DNA of 64,000 nt from Glaucostegus cemiculus (taxonomy: Eukaryota): NCBI GenBank assembly GCA_976551045.1, contig CDPCPM010000011.1, forward strand, positions 5,766,001-5,830,000, in the 5' to 3' direction. Both the position numbers and the translations under genes were made by a program. Below the pieces are notes generated by a model. That model was not told the origin of the DNA. It saw nothing but the letters and a program-made list of their open reading frames with translations, and did not search any database. Positions 11,850 through 24,268 of this stretch are shown piece after piece. Each line of letters starts with the position of its first letter. Position 1 is the stretch's first letter.

Positions 11850-13100
11850 TCATGGACTCAGAGAGATACAGCACAGAAACAGGCCCTTTGGCCCATCGAG
11901 TCTGTGCTGAGCATTAACCACCCATCTGCCCAGAGGGCAGATGTGGCAGCGTCAGACTCTTCTCACAAACACAAAGACTATTGCACTTCTACCTCTGCAA
12001 CACCTCTCTTCATCATTACATTCTGTCTTATTGGAACATAGAACAGTACAGCACAGGAACAGCCCCTTCGGTCCATAATGCCATTCTATCCCATCTGCCT
12101 ACACAATGTCCATATTCCTCCATTCTCTGCACATTCATGTGCCTATCTAAGAGCCTCTGAAACATCTCTATCTTATTTGCCTCCACTATCACGCCTGGCA
12201 GCACACTCCAGGCACCCATCACTCTGTGTAAAAAAAGTGCCCCATGCATCTCCTTTGAACTTACCCCCTCTCACCTTAAATGCATGCCCTCTAGTATCAG
12301 ACATTCTGACCCCAGGAAAAGATACCGCCTGTCTATCTACGCCTCCCATAATCTTATAAATTTCTATCCGGTCTCTCCTCAGCCTCCACCACTCCAAAGA
12401 GGAAAAAAAGTTTGTCCAACCTCTCCTTATTGCACATGCCCTTTAATCCAGGCAGCATCCTGGTAAACCTCTTCTGCATCCTCTTCAAAGCCTTCACATC
12501 TTTCCTATAATGGGGTGACCAGAACTGAATGCAATACTCCAGACACGGCCTAACCGGAGTTTTATAAAGCTGCAACATGACTTCCTGAATGTTGAACTCA
12601 ATGTCTCTACTAATGAAAGCAAGCATGTCAAATGCCTCCTTTACCACCCTATTAATCTGTGCAGCCACTTTCAGTGAGCGAAAGCCTTGGATCCCTCTGT
12701 ACATCAGTGTTGTTAAGGGTCCTGCCATTAACTGTGTGCTGTCCCTTTATACTTAATCTCCGAAAATGCAATGCCTCACACTTAGCCAGATTAAACTCCA
12801 TCTGCTGTATCTCCACCCACATTTGCAACTGATCCACATCCCACTGTATCCTTTGGCAATTTTCTACACTGTCACAATGCCACTAATCTTTGTATAGTCT
12901 GTGAATTTACTCACACACCCAGCCACGTTTTCATCCATTTCTATACATCATAAACAGCAGAGGTCCCAGTACAGATCCTTGCGGAACACCTCTCGTCACG
13001 GACCTCCAGCCGGAATAAGTTGCATCAACCACTGTCTTCTATGGGCGAGCCAATTCTGAACCCAAACGGCCAAATCATCATAGATCCCATACATCTTGAT
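11850..13100 (-). mobile_element. CR1 LINE (RT C-terminal half plus 3' UTR) with an extra short CR1 tail at the left
   Basis: Frameshifted ORFs QMEFNLAKCEALHF, LQLYKTPVRPCLEYCIQFWSPHYRKDV and FKVRGGKFKGD are typical of CR1 ORF2. Confidence 0.92.
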
Positions 13101-14742
13101 CTTATAATATCTGAAGCTTGATCTTACACTACCTCTGACTCAGTTGTTCCAATGTTAAGCTTTTACACCCCGCCCTTTTGAAATTACATGACCCAAGCTA
13201 AGCTGATTTCTTTGAACCCTGCCCTACACCCTCCCACTTCATCTCTGCCTAGCTGCTGAATTTCAAGTTCAGGTGCAATATTCAAAATATCCTTTTCTCC
13301 TAAATTCTAGTTTGTACCCACTTCTCTTTAGATTCTGACCCACTTTGCACTTTTCTTTCTTAGTTTTATTTCCTGGCACTGTATTCTGGAATGTTTTACT
13401 TGAACCTCTCAGGCTAACAGCACCACCACTGGGTATTTCGTTGGTTTGCCACCTCTGTAATGAACTTTCCTTTGTACTAACAGTGCCACCTAAATGCTGA
13501 CAGACTTAAAACTGTCCACCGTGAATTTGGATTTCCTACCAAGTATAACCTGAAAATGCTTTACAGCCAGAAATTGCCTGCAACTTGCAAGTGGTAAAGA
13601 AACAGAGCCAAATGCTTCAGTAACATCAAAAACTATTTACAAATGTTTTAGTGTATGCTTGGTAATATGATAATTTGTCTTTAGACAAGAGTACACTATT
13701 ATTGGATTCTTCTTCAGATGTGAAAAATCAGTGATAGGACTGTTTGCAATAAAATATTACTGCCCACAGGCAGTGGATGTATTAGGAAATTCTTTTCCAC
13801 AGATGTATTACCATGTCAGGAGATGAATATAATCGGGTTGTGCACATTTCTTCTAGCAATAACTGGTCCATGTTCACTGAGAAGTGGATCCACAGACATC
13901 TTTTGGTACTAAGTATCCAAGAAACACTGACTCAGACAGTACATGACTTTTTAGTTCATCTGTGATTTGAATTACAGACTTTACATGCAAATATCAGATT
14001 GATGCATCAGTGTAAGAAGAAATTTCTGTGCTGCTAGGTATTGTTGTGAAATTGTAACCCAGAAATTGGATCCGTTGCACAATTCAAGCATAAGATTTCA
14101 CATAAATCAGATCAATATGTTCATTGGCACTTCCATATGGAATTCACCTTTACACATCTAATATTTTCCAGCATTAGTTGCACAGCTATTGATGTCAGAA
14201 GCTATGCACTGCACACATCCTCCTTATTGACATAAATTGGAGCTGTTGGGTGCAATATACAACCTTTGTCGAAGAATCCCAAAAAATTTGAAGTACATTT
14301 CACTGGGACAGGCAATGAGACTTCAGTAAAAAGTCTGCATTGAGGCATTAATGTCTTGCTCAGTGCATCTGCCAGCCTTACTTTTCAAGCAACATCATTG
14401 CTTGCTCCATCACTAACTGCAGTCTCTTTAACAGTTGAGCTGCATGCTGTGGTCTCTGGCCCTTTGATCATCCTGCACCTCAGTGGTGTGGAGCCACTCA
14501 TGGCAGATAATCAATTGGAAGAGAAAATCATGCGAGCCTATACACAGGACACCACCTTTTCCCCCTTCTCTGTGTGTTCCCTCACCTCCACGATGGCCTT
14601 CTGTGCACCTGATGCTCGTCCTAGTGATTAGCGCTTCAATGACACAGCAGCTGCTGATGGAAATTTCAATTCCCGTTGATTCCGTGTGCAAATCAAGATC
14701 CCGCTGTTTTTTAGTGCAATCTTGTCTAATATCACAATTTTT

Positions 14743-15392
14743 AGACCAGAAGACACAGGAGCAGAATTAGGCCATTTGACCCATCGAGTCTGCTCTGTCA
14801 TTTGTTCATGACTGATTTATTTTTCCCTCTCAACCCCATTCTCCTGCCTTCTCCCTGTAACCTTTTGACACCCTCACTAAACAAGAACCTATCAACCTCC
14901 ACTTTAACTATACCCAATGACTTGGCCTCCACAGCTGTCAATGGCAATGAATCCACAGATTCACCATCATCTGGCTAAAGAAATTCCACCTCATCTCTGT
15001 TCTAAAGGGATGTCCTTCTATTCTGAGCCTGTGCCCTCTGGACCTAGACTCTCCCACTGCTGGAAACATCCTCTCCACATCCACTCTATCCAGGCCTTTC
15101 AATATTCGGTAGGTTTCAATGAGGTCCCCTCTCATTTTCCAAATTCCAATGAGTACAGGCCCAGAGCCATCAAACGCTCTTCATATGTCAACCCTTTCAT
15201 TCTTGGGATCATTCTTTAAACCTCCTCTGGACCCTCTCCAATGCCAGCACATCCTTCCTTAGATATGGAACCCAAAGCTGCTCACAATATTCCAAATGTG
15301 GTCTGACCAATGCCTTATAAAGCCTCAGCATAACATCATTGCTTTTATATTCTAGTCCTCTTGAAATGAATGCTAACATTATATTTGCCTTT
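14743..15392 (-). mobile_element. CR1 LINE 3' fragment
   Basis: Encodes LYKALVRPHLEYCEQLWVPYLRKDVLALERVQRRF and RGDLIETYRILKGLDRVDVERMFP. Confidence 0.93.
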
Positions 15393-15439
15393 TTTTTTAG
15401 GGAATCCAACTGAGTGTTAGTATTATGCATACCAAGAAA

Positions 15440-15729
15440 TTGTGTAGCAGTTAGCGTAACACTATTACAGCACCAACAACCTGGGTTTAAATCCAGCCAC
15501 TGTCTGCAAGGAGTTTGTATGTTCTCCCTGTGTCTGCCTGGGTTTCCTCTGGGTGCTCCAGTTTCCTCTCACATTCCAAAAGATGTACAGGTTAGGAAGT
15601 TGTGGGCATGTGATGTTGGCGCCGGAAGTGTGGCGACACTTGCGGGCTGTCCCCAGAAATATTACGCAAGAAGATACATTTCAATGTGAGTTTCAATGTA
15701 CATGACTAATAAAGAAATCTTAATCTTAA
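15440..15729 (+). mobile_element. HE1/V-SINE-like tRNA-derived SINE
   Basis: B-box cctgggtttaaatcc, V-domain ggagtttgtatgttctccctgtgtctgcctgggtttcctctgggtgctccagtttcct, tail aataaagaaatctt. Confidence 0.85.
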
Positions 15730-16904
15730 GCGTATATCTGATAAACATGAAAATGCTTTCACTTTTAATTACTCAGACTACATCCCACCAAACATTTTCT
15801 CACCCAAGGCTCTTGACTTGACTCATAAGTTGAAGGGCACACAGTCCACATCTGCAAGTTTTGGTCAGCTGAGGAGACTGACAAAGGAATTGCTTTAGAG
15901 ACTTTACCCTCATATCAACCTAGATATTTTTCCTTTGCCTTTGACTCTTAAAGAGTCCAAATTGCAAGACTGTTGCAGGTGGGTGAAGCAGGAGGTGAAG
16001 GAGATGAAGGAGGAGGTGGTGAAGGGGAAGAGGAGAAGGAACAGGTGGTGAAGGAGGACAACGACTAAAAAGCATAGGAAGAGTTTAACCTGGGGTCACG
16101 TGAGATAGATCAAATAGTCTTGCCCTTCTTTTCTAAGTAAGGCTTTAACTTGCAGTCTTGTTTCATTCTTGAAGATTTGCTAAACTTCGATTGTGAGCAA
16201 GTCAGAAAAATCATAGTCACATTATTCACAAAAATTAAGTATTCCTATTTCCTTGGTGTTAGTGATAAGTTCAGCACTAACCCTGTAGAAACTTAAACTC
16301 TAATGTTAGTTGTTGCTGTGTTGGCACTGCTGCTAACAAGTATTTTCAGTTCTTACTGCTGAGCTTCAATTAAACAAGAGTATATCCACGACAACAAATC
16401 AAAAACTAAACTGCTGGGATAGATCTGAGGATTTTCTTGCATGGAACTAGCTCAAGAGATGTTTAGAAGAAGTCAAGTTTGTCATTAACCTATGGTACAG
16501 CAATAGTACATCTGGCCTTTGAAATGATGTATGAAGACTGGCAAATAAACAATTTACAAGTCTGAAGTAAACTCCTTAGTCTATTATTTTAGAAAGTTAC
16601 ACTTCCATTAGAACACTGGTCTCAGGCATTTAATATAAATGCATTGAGCATTTGCAAATTAATTTTCACATGCTTACTTTGAAGCTATTAGCATTGTGAA
16701 CTTGTGTAATGATATACCACTTAGTGTAGTCAGATCAGACATGGTAGGAGCATTCAAAGAAAGTAATGGATAAATTACTGATTCAGTGAGAATAAAGGTA
16801 TATCAACTTAATATACCTTGATCCATAGCAGGTAGTAACAACTGTCTACATTTATCCTGAAGTGCTAGCCTCTGTTTAGTGGTTCTGAGCCAAATGGCTG
16901 CATA

Positions 16905-17480
16905 TTTAATACTCATTCCAGAGATTTGAGCACGTAATCCAGGTTGGCATTCCACTGGGGTAGTGAGGGAATGCTGCACTGTTGGAACTGTCTTTTGGAT
17001 GAAATGTTAAAAACAAAGGCTCATCTGGCCTCCAGAGTGGATATAAAATTTCTCATGACATTATCTAATGATGAACAGGGGGATTCTCACTGGTTTCCTG
17101 GACAATAATTATCCCTGAACCGATGTACCTAAACAGATAATCTGGTCATTACTGTTGGTGGGAATTTGCTGTAAACCTATTGAATGCAACAATTTAAACA
17201 CTAAAAAAAGAGATGACACAAGAGACTGCAGGTACTGGAATCTGCAGCAACAAACAATCTGCTGGAGGAACTCGGTCCTGTTCCTGGAGGTCTGAGGCAG
17301 GGTTTCAACCTGAAGTTACAACAATTCCTTTCCCCCCCACAGACACTGCTTGACTCACTGAGATCTTCCAACAGATTGTTGCATTAAAAAAAGTAACTGC
17401 ATTTAAAGATATTTTAATTGGTTGCAAATTATTTTGGGTCAACTTGAAGATGTTGAAGGCAATATATGACTGCAAGCTCA
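16905..17480 (+). mobile_element. Deu-domain SINE (SacSINE1/AmnSINE-like) interrupted by a Penelope-derived hairpin (~17213-17380)
   Basis: gagggaatgctgcactgttgga...ttttggatgaaatgttaaa...aacagataatctggtcatt matches the Deu domain, and the tail resumes after the insert. Confidence 0.8.
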
Positions 17481-17599
17481 TTCCACCTTGAGTTATGCGA
17501 TGAAACTGTTTAAAGGATGTTTTCTCTATCCTATACTTTGTAACCCCTATGTCTTAAAATGGTACAAAAATCCTCAGGTAGCAATATAATGGACTTCAC

Positions 17600-17914
17600 T
17601 TAAACATTCTTTCCTTTATGGTATCAGGTATGCTTAGTAATTGAGGATATAGATTGAATTGTACAGTTAAAAAAATCTGCATTGCACCAATTGCAAAAAT
17701 AGAACTCGCACAAATAAATACTTTCTGCACTAAAGGAGCTAAACACCAATGATGGAATTTTCTCCCATTCATAGTCGACAGAAGGAAATTCTTGCCCAAA
17801 GCACATGATCAATACTACTATCCATCATATCTGTCAACATCAGGGGAGTGTTGGGATCAAGATTTACGATCAAAGTGAATGTGAACCAGCATATACCCAT
17901 TTAAACGCATGGGT
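17600..17914 (-). pseudogene. Pseudo-exon
   Basis: Acceptor atattcag| and donor taa|gtgaag. Overlapping partial frames include EFPSVDYEWEKIPSLVFSSF. Confidence 0.35.
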
Positions 17915-18073
17915 CTGAATATATTTTATGAAAGAGCTTTACCAAAAGAGAGAGTAATTTTTATTTAATAAATTAATATGTTCCCCGTAAGAGTTAAGTG
18001 TTGATAAGCCTGCATATGTAATATTTAAATGCATAAGTTCACAATCACTTATAGAAATGAGAAACAATATTAC

Positions 18074-19118
18074 CTCATCCATTGATGTGTACAATGGAAG
18101 CAGCAAGAACATGGCCAGAATGCTAATGCTTCCTCAATATCTACTTACACTTGTACTGAATGTTCACTGTGCAGCATTGACTCTGGGGTGAGGCAAGCAT
18201 CCTTATCTGGTTTCCTTTTTCCCTGTAGATGTAACAGGACCTCCAAGACATTCAGGAGGAAGACAACTGGCCAAGGATACAGGTGACAATGAACTGGCAT
18301 AACTGTGTGCACCAGCAAGTCTGTCCCATTTTGAATAATTCTCAAACTGAATTTGAGTAACAGAAGGCACAGTAAATCTACCATGATTTTGTGGAGTATA
18401 AATATTTCCCTAGGACACTTAAGGCAACAGGTCTGTGGACTCTACATCTTATCTCTATGCTCAAAGGTGGAAGATTTGACATGGGATTAGTGGAACATAA
18501 AGCACTCCGAGTCCCTTTCACTTCCAACAACCGTGTACCAATGCACTCTTTCCAAGGGGTATTTGGGTGAGGACCAGCATTTAGTCACTTTCTCTTGCCT
18601 GGTCTTGTTCTGGCATTACAGCAAAGTGAGTATTGGCCTTAATAAAGCCAGTCAATAGCTTTGTACATAGAGATGTATCCTCTGGGGAGTTATTAAGGCT
18701 GTTATGTTCTCTGATTAATATATAAATTGGAAGCACTAAGGTTTGGTGGTCAACACTACCTCTGGGATTAAGAGCTGAATGAGAAGGTTGGTCGATCATT
18801 AAGAATAGCATTAATGATAATAACACTGACAAAATTAGGAGGAAGTGCATTACCAGCAGATTTGCACTATTTAACCACTAACGCCATGTGCAACATTTCA
18901 CATTGCCTGCTGTTCCTTGGCCTTGTTAGTGGAATGCTGTTTCCAACGTTCACTACTCTTTATTCATTACTTAAAAAATATAGTGAAGAATATGATGTAA
19001 TCAGCACCCAATGGAAGAAATGTGCTGATCGATAGCAAGAGTCTTTAAAGTTTAATGGTGTTTGCTGTAATGGCTGTGTTATGATTACCGCGGTGAGCCA
19101 TTTATGAAAAACAATCAC
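18074..19118 (-). pseudogene. Pseudo-exon (~1 kb, Ser/Pro-rich)
   Basis: Acceptor tctttctttaag| and donor gag|gtaata. Fragments such as NIYTPQNHGRFTVPSVTQIQFENYSKWDRLAGAHSYASSLSPVSL are broken by frameshifts. Confidence 0.5.
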
Positions 19119-19291
19119 CTTAAAGAAAGATACAGCATGGGAAGCAAATTATATGCCACTAATTTCCATACCTTTTAACAATGAGATATTCAATTCATTA
19201 AAATTTAAATTACTAACATTTATAAACACAAACAGAATTATACACAATTCAGATTGTGCTTTCAGTGCAAGCACTTAATCCTCTGCCTTAC

Positions 19292-19532
19292 CGGTTTAAT
19301 AGTGCAAGTTGCTTGCTGACTACTGTTAGCAGACTCTGGGGAACCCTCTCCCAGCTCATTACCTGAACACTTAGATTTGTTGAGATGCACCATGCTATTT
19401 TCTCATGAATGACTATCTGGTTGGCAAATTGTCCAACTGCAGAGTCTAGATCTCCTACGACAGGTGTCGTATTCAAAACTAACCAACAGAATTCAGACTG
19501 GCATTTTATCACAACACATTTACAACAAGAAG
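19292..19532 (-). pseudogene. Pseudo-exon
   Basis: Acceptor cattttag| and donor ccg|gtaagg. One frame ends GNELGEGSPESANSSQQATCTIKP. Confidence 0.45.
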
Positions 19533-20457
19533 CTAAAATGTTCACTACAAACTTTTTGTGGAGGCTTTTGTTTTATTGTCAAAATAATTATATTTTAAAG
19601 TAAGTATTCTCATTTTAACATTCAATTAATGCCTAGAAGACTGATGCAAGTATTATGTTATTAAGTTGAGGAAAATATCATTTCTTAATTATATTGAAAG
19701 ACTTTTCCGGCATGTGAAACAGAAACACACTTGATCTTGCCACGCACACAAACATAAATGAGGCCAAAAACAAGCATTTCTTCAATTGATATTTAATCTT
19801 ATAAAAACAGAGTGTCAGAATTCCTGAAGGAAAGAATGATAAAGCTAATGATGCACACTTTTATTTATTGGCAAATGCATTGTTAAATGCAGATATCCAA
19901 AAGTAGCATTAGAATTTTTTGCTACTCTACCATCACCTTGGTGGCAGAGGCATCTCACTGCTTGCTTTGCCACAGAATAGTGCGAAGCTGCTGGGTTTGC
20001 ATGGTGGATGTTAATTAAACTCCATAATCTTTTCAAGTGTAAGCATCCTTTAATCAATGTATTATATATTAATTAATGCAAAGCAAGATTTCTGAGATTG
20101 GAAATTCACAAATGTAAGTTTCTTCAGGCTAAATTGTGTAAGAGATTTAAATTTTTTAATTTATTCTCTATTTTTCCTTTCTGAATATGCACTGGCAAGT
20201 CTTAACAAATGACAATTGCTATCAGCTACCTTGCTTTTATATTTTACAGCCAAAACTATGATGACTGAACTTAGACCGACAATAGCTGGAAAATTCAATC
20301 TTCATAAATGATGTGGGTATTTGATTCAATACGTTATCAGTATAATCTTCTTGATCATGTGATTAGAAGTTGACAAAAAATTGCTTCTTCAAGCAGCTCA
20401 AAAATAGGACAGGAACAGAATATTCAAAAGTAATGGTACAAAAATTCTGCTGCATAC

Positions 20458-20850
20458 CTGTAATAATACCAAAACTGGTGTTCATGGTAGACAGGTAATG
20501 ATAGAGGAAATCCTATGCTATTATCCTTTTGTTTAAACAGTAAATATATACAGATGTATTTGTAAGATATGTCTCTGATGCCAATACATTTTTTAAGAAC
20601 TTGTTTGGTCATTGTGCCATCCAGAGAATTCATCTCTAATGTACCTTTTCTCCTTTGTTGCTTAATGGCTCAGGATTTGCAATGAGGAATAGCAGCATTG
20701 CTAATGGCAGTCACCACTACAATAGAGGAAACCGTATAGGGACTTCTGGACTACACAGAAGGACAGAACTAAATGCAGAAATCCAGAATCAGTAACCATG
20801 ATCACCTAGTACTCTAGTGAGGCTATTTTGCAAGCTTTCTTCAAGGTATT
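20458..20850 (-). pseudogene. Pseudo-exon containing DHGY motif
   Basis: Acceptor atttctgtag| and donor cag|gtatgc. Begins EYLEESLQNSLTRVLGDHGY*. Confidence 0.5.
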
Positions 20851-21205
20851 CTACAGAAATCTGTGAATTGAGAACTTCATGTACTTACAGAAAAATTTTA
20901 CTGTTTAAAAAAAACCTGAAGATGTTATGTTTTGCTGGGTTAGATGTAACTGAGATTTTGATAATATACTGAAACCTAATTAATAATTTACAACTTCTGG
21001 TCCTAAAATACTAATTTTAGGAGTGTGATCAGAATATCAATTCAAATTTCCACATCTAGTTAAAATAATGTGTTTTTACTTTACCTTTTAAAATTGGTTT
21101 TATTACAATCTAAACTTCTGCGTACGTTCCTGTTGTTGGTTTGCAAATGTTTGTTATACTGCAAAAATGATACAAAAGATTTTGAATATTTGTTAAAAAT
21201 TGTAC

Positions 21206-21608
21206 CTTTAATTTCCTATTTCAATGTCTGTGAGAATTTTTCTCCAGAGGTTTCCTGAAGCTGATATTTGACAACAGTCAACATCAGGAATGGGGGAAAT
21301 CCATGAGACCAAGTTTGCTAGATTTTTAAGGGTAGTTTTCTAGGATATCATTGCCATTTGCCATCATTGCATTGCTGACTGCGGACTCCAAAATCTGGGG
21401 GAACACATCAATATCAAAAAGACATTCCTGAATGATATATTTCAATGCCAGACCAAAAAGACAATTTCCATCCTTTACAATGCTGGCATCAACTCTGGGA
21501 ACACGAGACCAAGATATAAGGGCTATATTTGAGCTAGGATTTGGGAAAATCCACAAAGGAAGCAATGAAGAAAAAGATTTTGTACTTTTACAGTGTCCTT
21601 CACATCCT
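21206..21608 (-). pseudogene. Pseudo-exon
   Basis: Acceptor ttgcctag| and donor aag|gtacaa. A ~95-codon open stretch (CLFGLALKYIIQECLFDIDVFPQILES) precedes stops. Confidence 0.45.
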
Positions 21609-22179
21609 CTAGGCAATCAAATGTTTTACAGTCAATTAAATGTTCTAAATGTGTTAAAGTGTGTCTTTTTGCAATTAAGGCAAACATATAACCAATTCAT
21701 GTACAGCCAAGTCCTATAAACAACAAGAGATAAATGACTAGCTAATCTATCTCTAGGGTCTGTGCTCCAGAGATAATTTTTGGCCAGAACAGTGGAAGAA
21801 TGAGCATTAGTGATGTTTTTGATGGCACCCTTAGATATAGTGTGATTATCACAGTTCAACATCGGGAGGTTCTTGAAAATGCATTTTTTGTCAAATGCAT
21901 TTTTTAGTAAAAAAATGTAGGTCATTTGAACTTTGAGTATTTTGGAAAAAAACAAAAATGTTAGAAATAAATTAAGTTTAAAAAGGAATGAAATAGAGCC
22001 TACTGATATTAAAAAAGGTGATGTTTTAAAATATAAATACAAAGAGTTATAGTAAATACACATAGAAATCTTTCAAAGATTATTATTGTATGGTGTGCAG
22101 TTTTGAGTTGTACTCCATGGGAAGGATATTGAAGTAACAAAAAATGTTCTTTTGAAATTTACAACAAACTTTGCATTGT

Positions 22180-22620
22180 CTTTCTTAGGCGATGCCTTGG
22201 ATGAATTGCTTGCATCCTGGTTTTATGGGTTGTGAGGCAATTGAAAAAACTACTATGGGACTAGCAGGTCCTTCCACAAATGGAGCAGGAGATGCCTGGC
22301 AAGCTGACCAGGTGGGAAGTTTGTGTGCTCCTTCTATTATTTATGCTAGGCTTCTGTGTGTTCCTGATGTGTGGACTTAACACCACCAATGCCATCGTGA
22401 AAAGTTCTGCTCCCTTCTGGGCAGTCATGGGCCAAGAGTTACCATGAGTTCATGGGAATGTTACACTTTTTCCAAGGAGGCTTTGAGAAAATCTTTGAAT
22501 CTTTTTCCTCTGTCTATCTGATAACCTTTTCTCATGACAGAGCTCGGAATAGATTGCCTGTTTGGGAGTCTGCTATAGGGCATGTGAACCACATGGTCTG
22601 CACAACAGGTCTCATTGTGC
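22180..22620 (-). mobile_element. RTE-clade LINE 3' fragment
   Basis: CADHVVHMPYSRLP...GKRFKDFLKASLEK matches the RTE C-terminal motif WAGHVVRMPD.RLPK...KRFKD.LKASL. Confidence 0.8.
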
Positions 22621-23173
22621 ACCTTTAGTAATTGCCTAGTATGAAGAAATGCACTCATTCAAATATTACTTTATTACAACAGGTGGCAAAAAAGGATGAT
22701 TTCATTGAGGTGTTTAAAATCATGAGGAATAGAACACAGCAGGTAAAACTAGTTATCACGTCTGCATGATCAGCACACACCTAGATACGATAAGAAGATA
22801 AAAGAAAAGCTAACTGCCATAGAATAGAATGCTGTTTGAGTACAACACAGTACAACAACTTGACTGTCATATTAAACAAAAACTGTTCTCTTTCAGACCA
22901 GTGAAGTTGTGTATTTTGGGTATTACACTACTCCTAACAAAAGTTTTGTTGGAAAAAGTGCTAGCACATGCAAAACACTCACTGAAGAGTCAGAAGTTGA
23001 CTTTCCCAATGGAAGTTAAGAGAAGCTGGCACAATTTTGCTCCACTCTTGTTTAAGCAATTTTGAACTGCACAGTTTCAGTGCATCACTATACAGGGAAT
23101 ACCAGCTACTGCTTTCCTTTGGAGTTGTGCGAATGAACTTCTAGGCCAATGTATTAGGTGAGATTGTTCAGAG

Positions 23174-23293
23174 CAATCGTTGTGCTGTTCATTACTTCAA
23201 ACTGCTTGCCCATACTGCACAATGTTAGTGGTTAGTGTTTAAAACAATTGTTATGCTGTTCATTACTTCAAACTACTTGTCCACACTGTACAA
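23174..23293. repeat. Diverged tandem duplication, period ~71 bp
   Basis: caatcgttgtgctgttcattacttcaaactgcttgcccatactgcacaa versus caattgttatgctgttcattacttcaaactacttgtccacactgtacaa. Confidence 0.85.
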
Positions 23294-23355
23294 AGTGAGC
23301 ATGTTTGAACTAGATGTCGTAAAATAAATTATTTTGCCTAGAAATTGGAATTTAC

Positions 23356-24268
23356 CTTCTTTAAATGCACTCTTTGGATGCAGTGTGGAGCCCTGGCACC
23401 CAATTATGGGACACTCCCCCCAAAAAAATCAGGAAATTGGCAAAAAGGCTGGTTCAAATAATTGTTGTGTTTTATTAATCCTGAATCATACCTGAAAATA
23501 TTAGCTCCCTGCAGCAAATGCAACTGCTGTATCACCACCTCTATGAAGCATGGAAAGGAAGGCAGAGCCTTAAAGGTCTTTCTCCATGGAATGTGCCGGA
23601 CAATTGCAAGGAAGACAGCTATGGTGTTGGGGAACATGTCCATGGAGCACCTGGCTATTCTTTCCCTACCGCGGTTGCCTACATAGTATGAGTCCCACAC
23701 CACAAGTGGCTTGACACCACTACGAGGTATAGGCTGGTAGAGATTACAGTGTATGTCTGCACTGCAAACTAAGTGGAATGGGTATAGGGACACCCAACAA
23801 TGCTGTTTGGAATACTCTGAGCAATAGCAACAGAAAACAACAGGTGAACTTAACAATAGGGACCCTTTAAGTCGTGTCTCCTAGTTGACTCCCTTAGCTT
23901 TTTTTTGTGAATTAAAGATCCAGGCTGAGGGCTATCCACTTTGCAGCAATTTATCTCAGTGAATGTGAGAATGGTCGCTGGGCACAGGATGACATGTGTA
24001 ACAGTGGTCCTAATCCTGGCCACAGATGGGATGGTGGAATAAGCAAGGGAGGAAATAGATTGGATTTCAAATCTTTCCCCAACCATTGCTGCAGCTTTGC
24101 CAGGTGTCTGAAAACAACTCACCCACCAGTCTTTTGGATCAGGGAAAAGGTGTGTGACATAGTGGAAGGTAAAACTAAGGAAGATAATGATATAACATTC
24201 CATGATAAAAAGACAACAACAGTCTTGAGCTGGATTCAGGTTTGAACCACATCAAACTGGAGATAAGC
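23356..24268 (-). pseudogene. Pseudo-exon (~0.9 kb, Pro-rich)
   Basis: Acceptor tatattgcag| and donor aag|gtaaat. Fragments FRHLAKLQQWLGKDLKSNLFPPLLIPPSHLWPG and LFEPAFLP...PKSAFKE carry in-frame stops. Confidence 0.45.

Larger units (their letters stand above)
10340..16282 (-). pseudogene. Large pseudo-exon (disordered region) split by TE insertions at ~11480-13100 and ~14743-15729
   Basis: Acceptor tttctacag| at 16283. Coding-like fragments SRDPRL, SPSPPPPSSPSPPASP, GGKPTKYPVVVL and NAKLAEDLKTKLYSL are interrupted by many stops and frameshifts. Left boundary approximate. Confidence 0.55.

Noticed and set aside
8945-15500. tRNA genes suggested by B-box motifs (gagttcaaatcc, gggtttaaatcc)
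   Set aside because: These are SINE heads with no cloverleaf.
23404-24245. Plus-strand frames loosely resembling an LTR/BEL integrase (GPFKSCLLVDS, IDWISN)
   Set aside because: There is no convincing DDE spacing and no LTRs. Minus-strand splice signals bracket the segment better.
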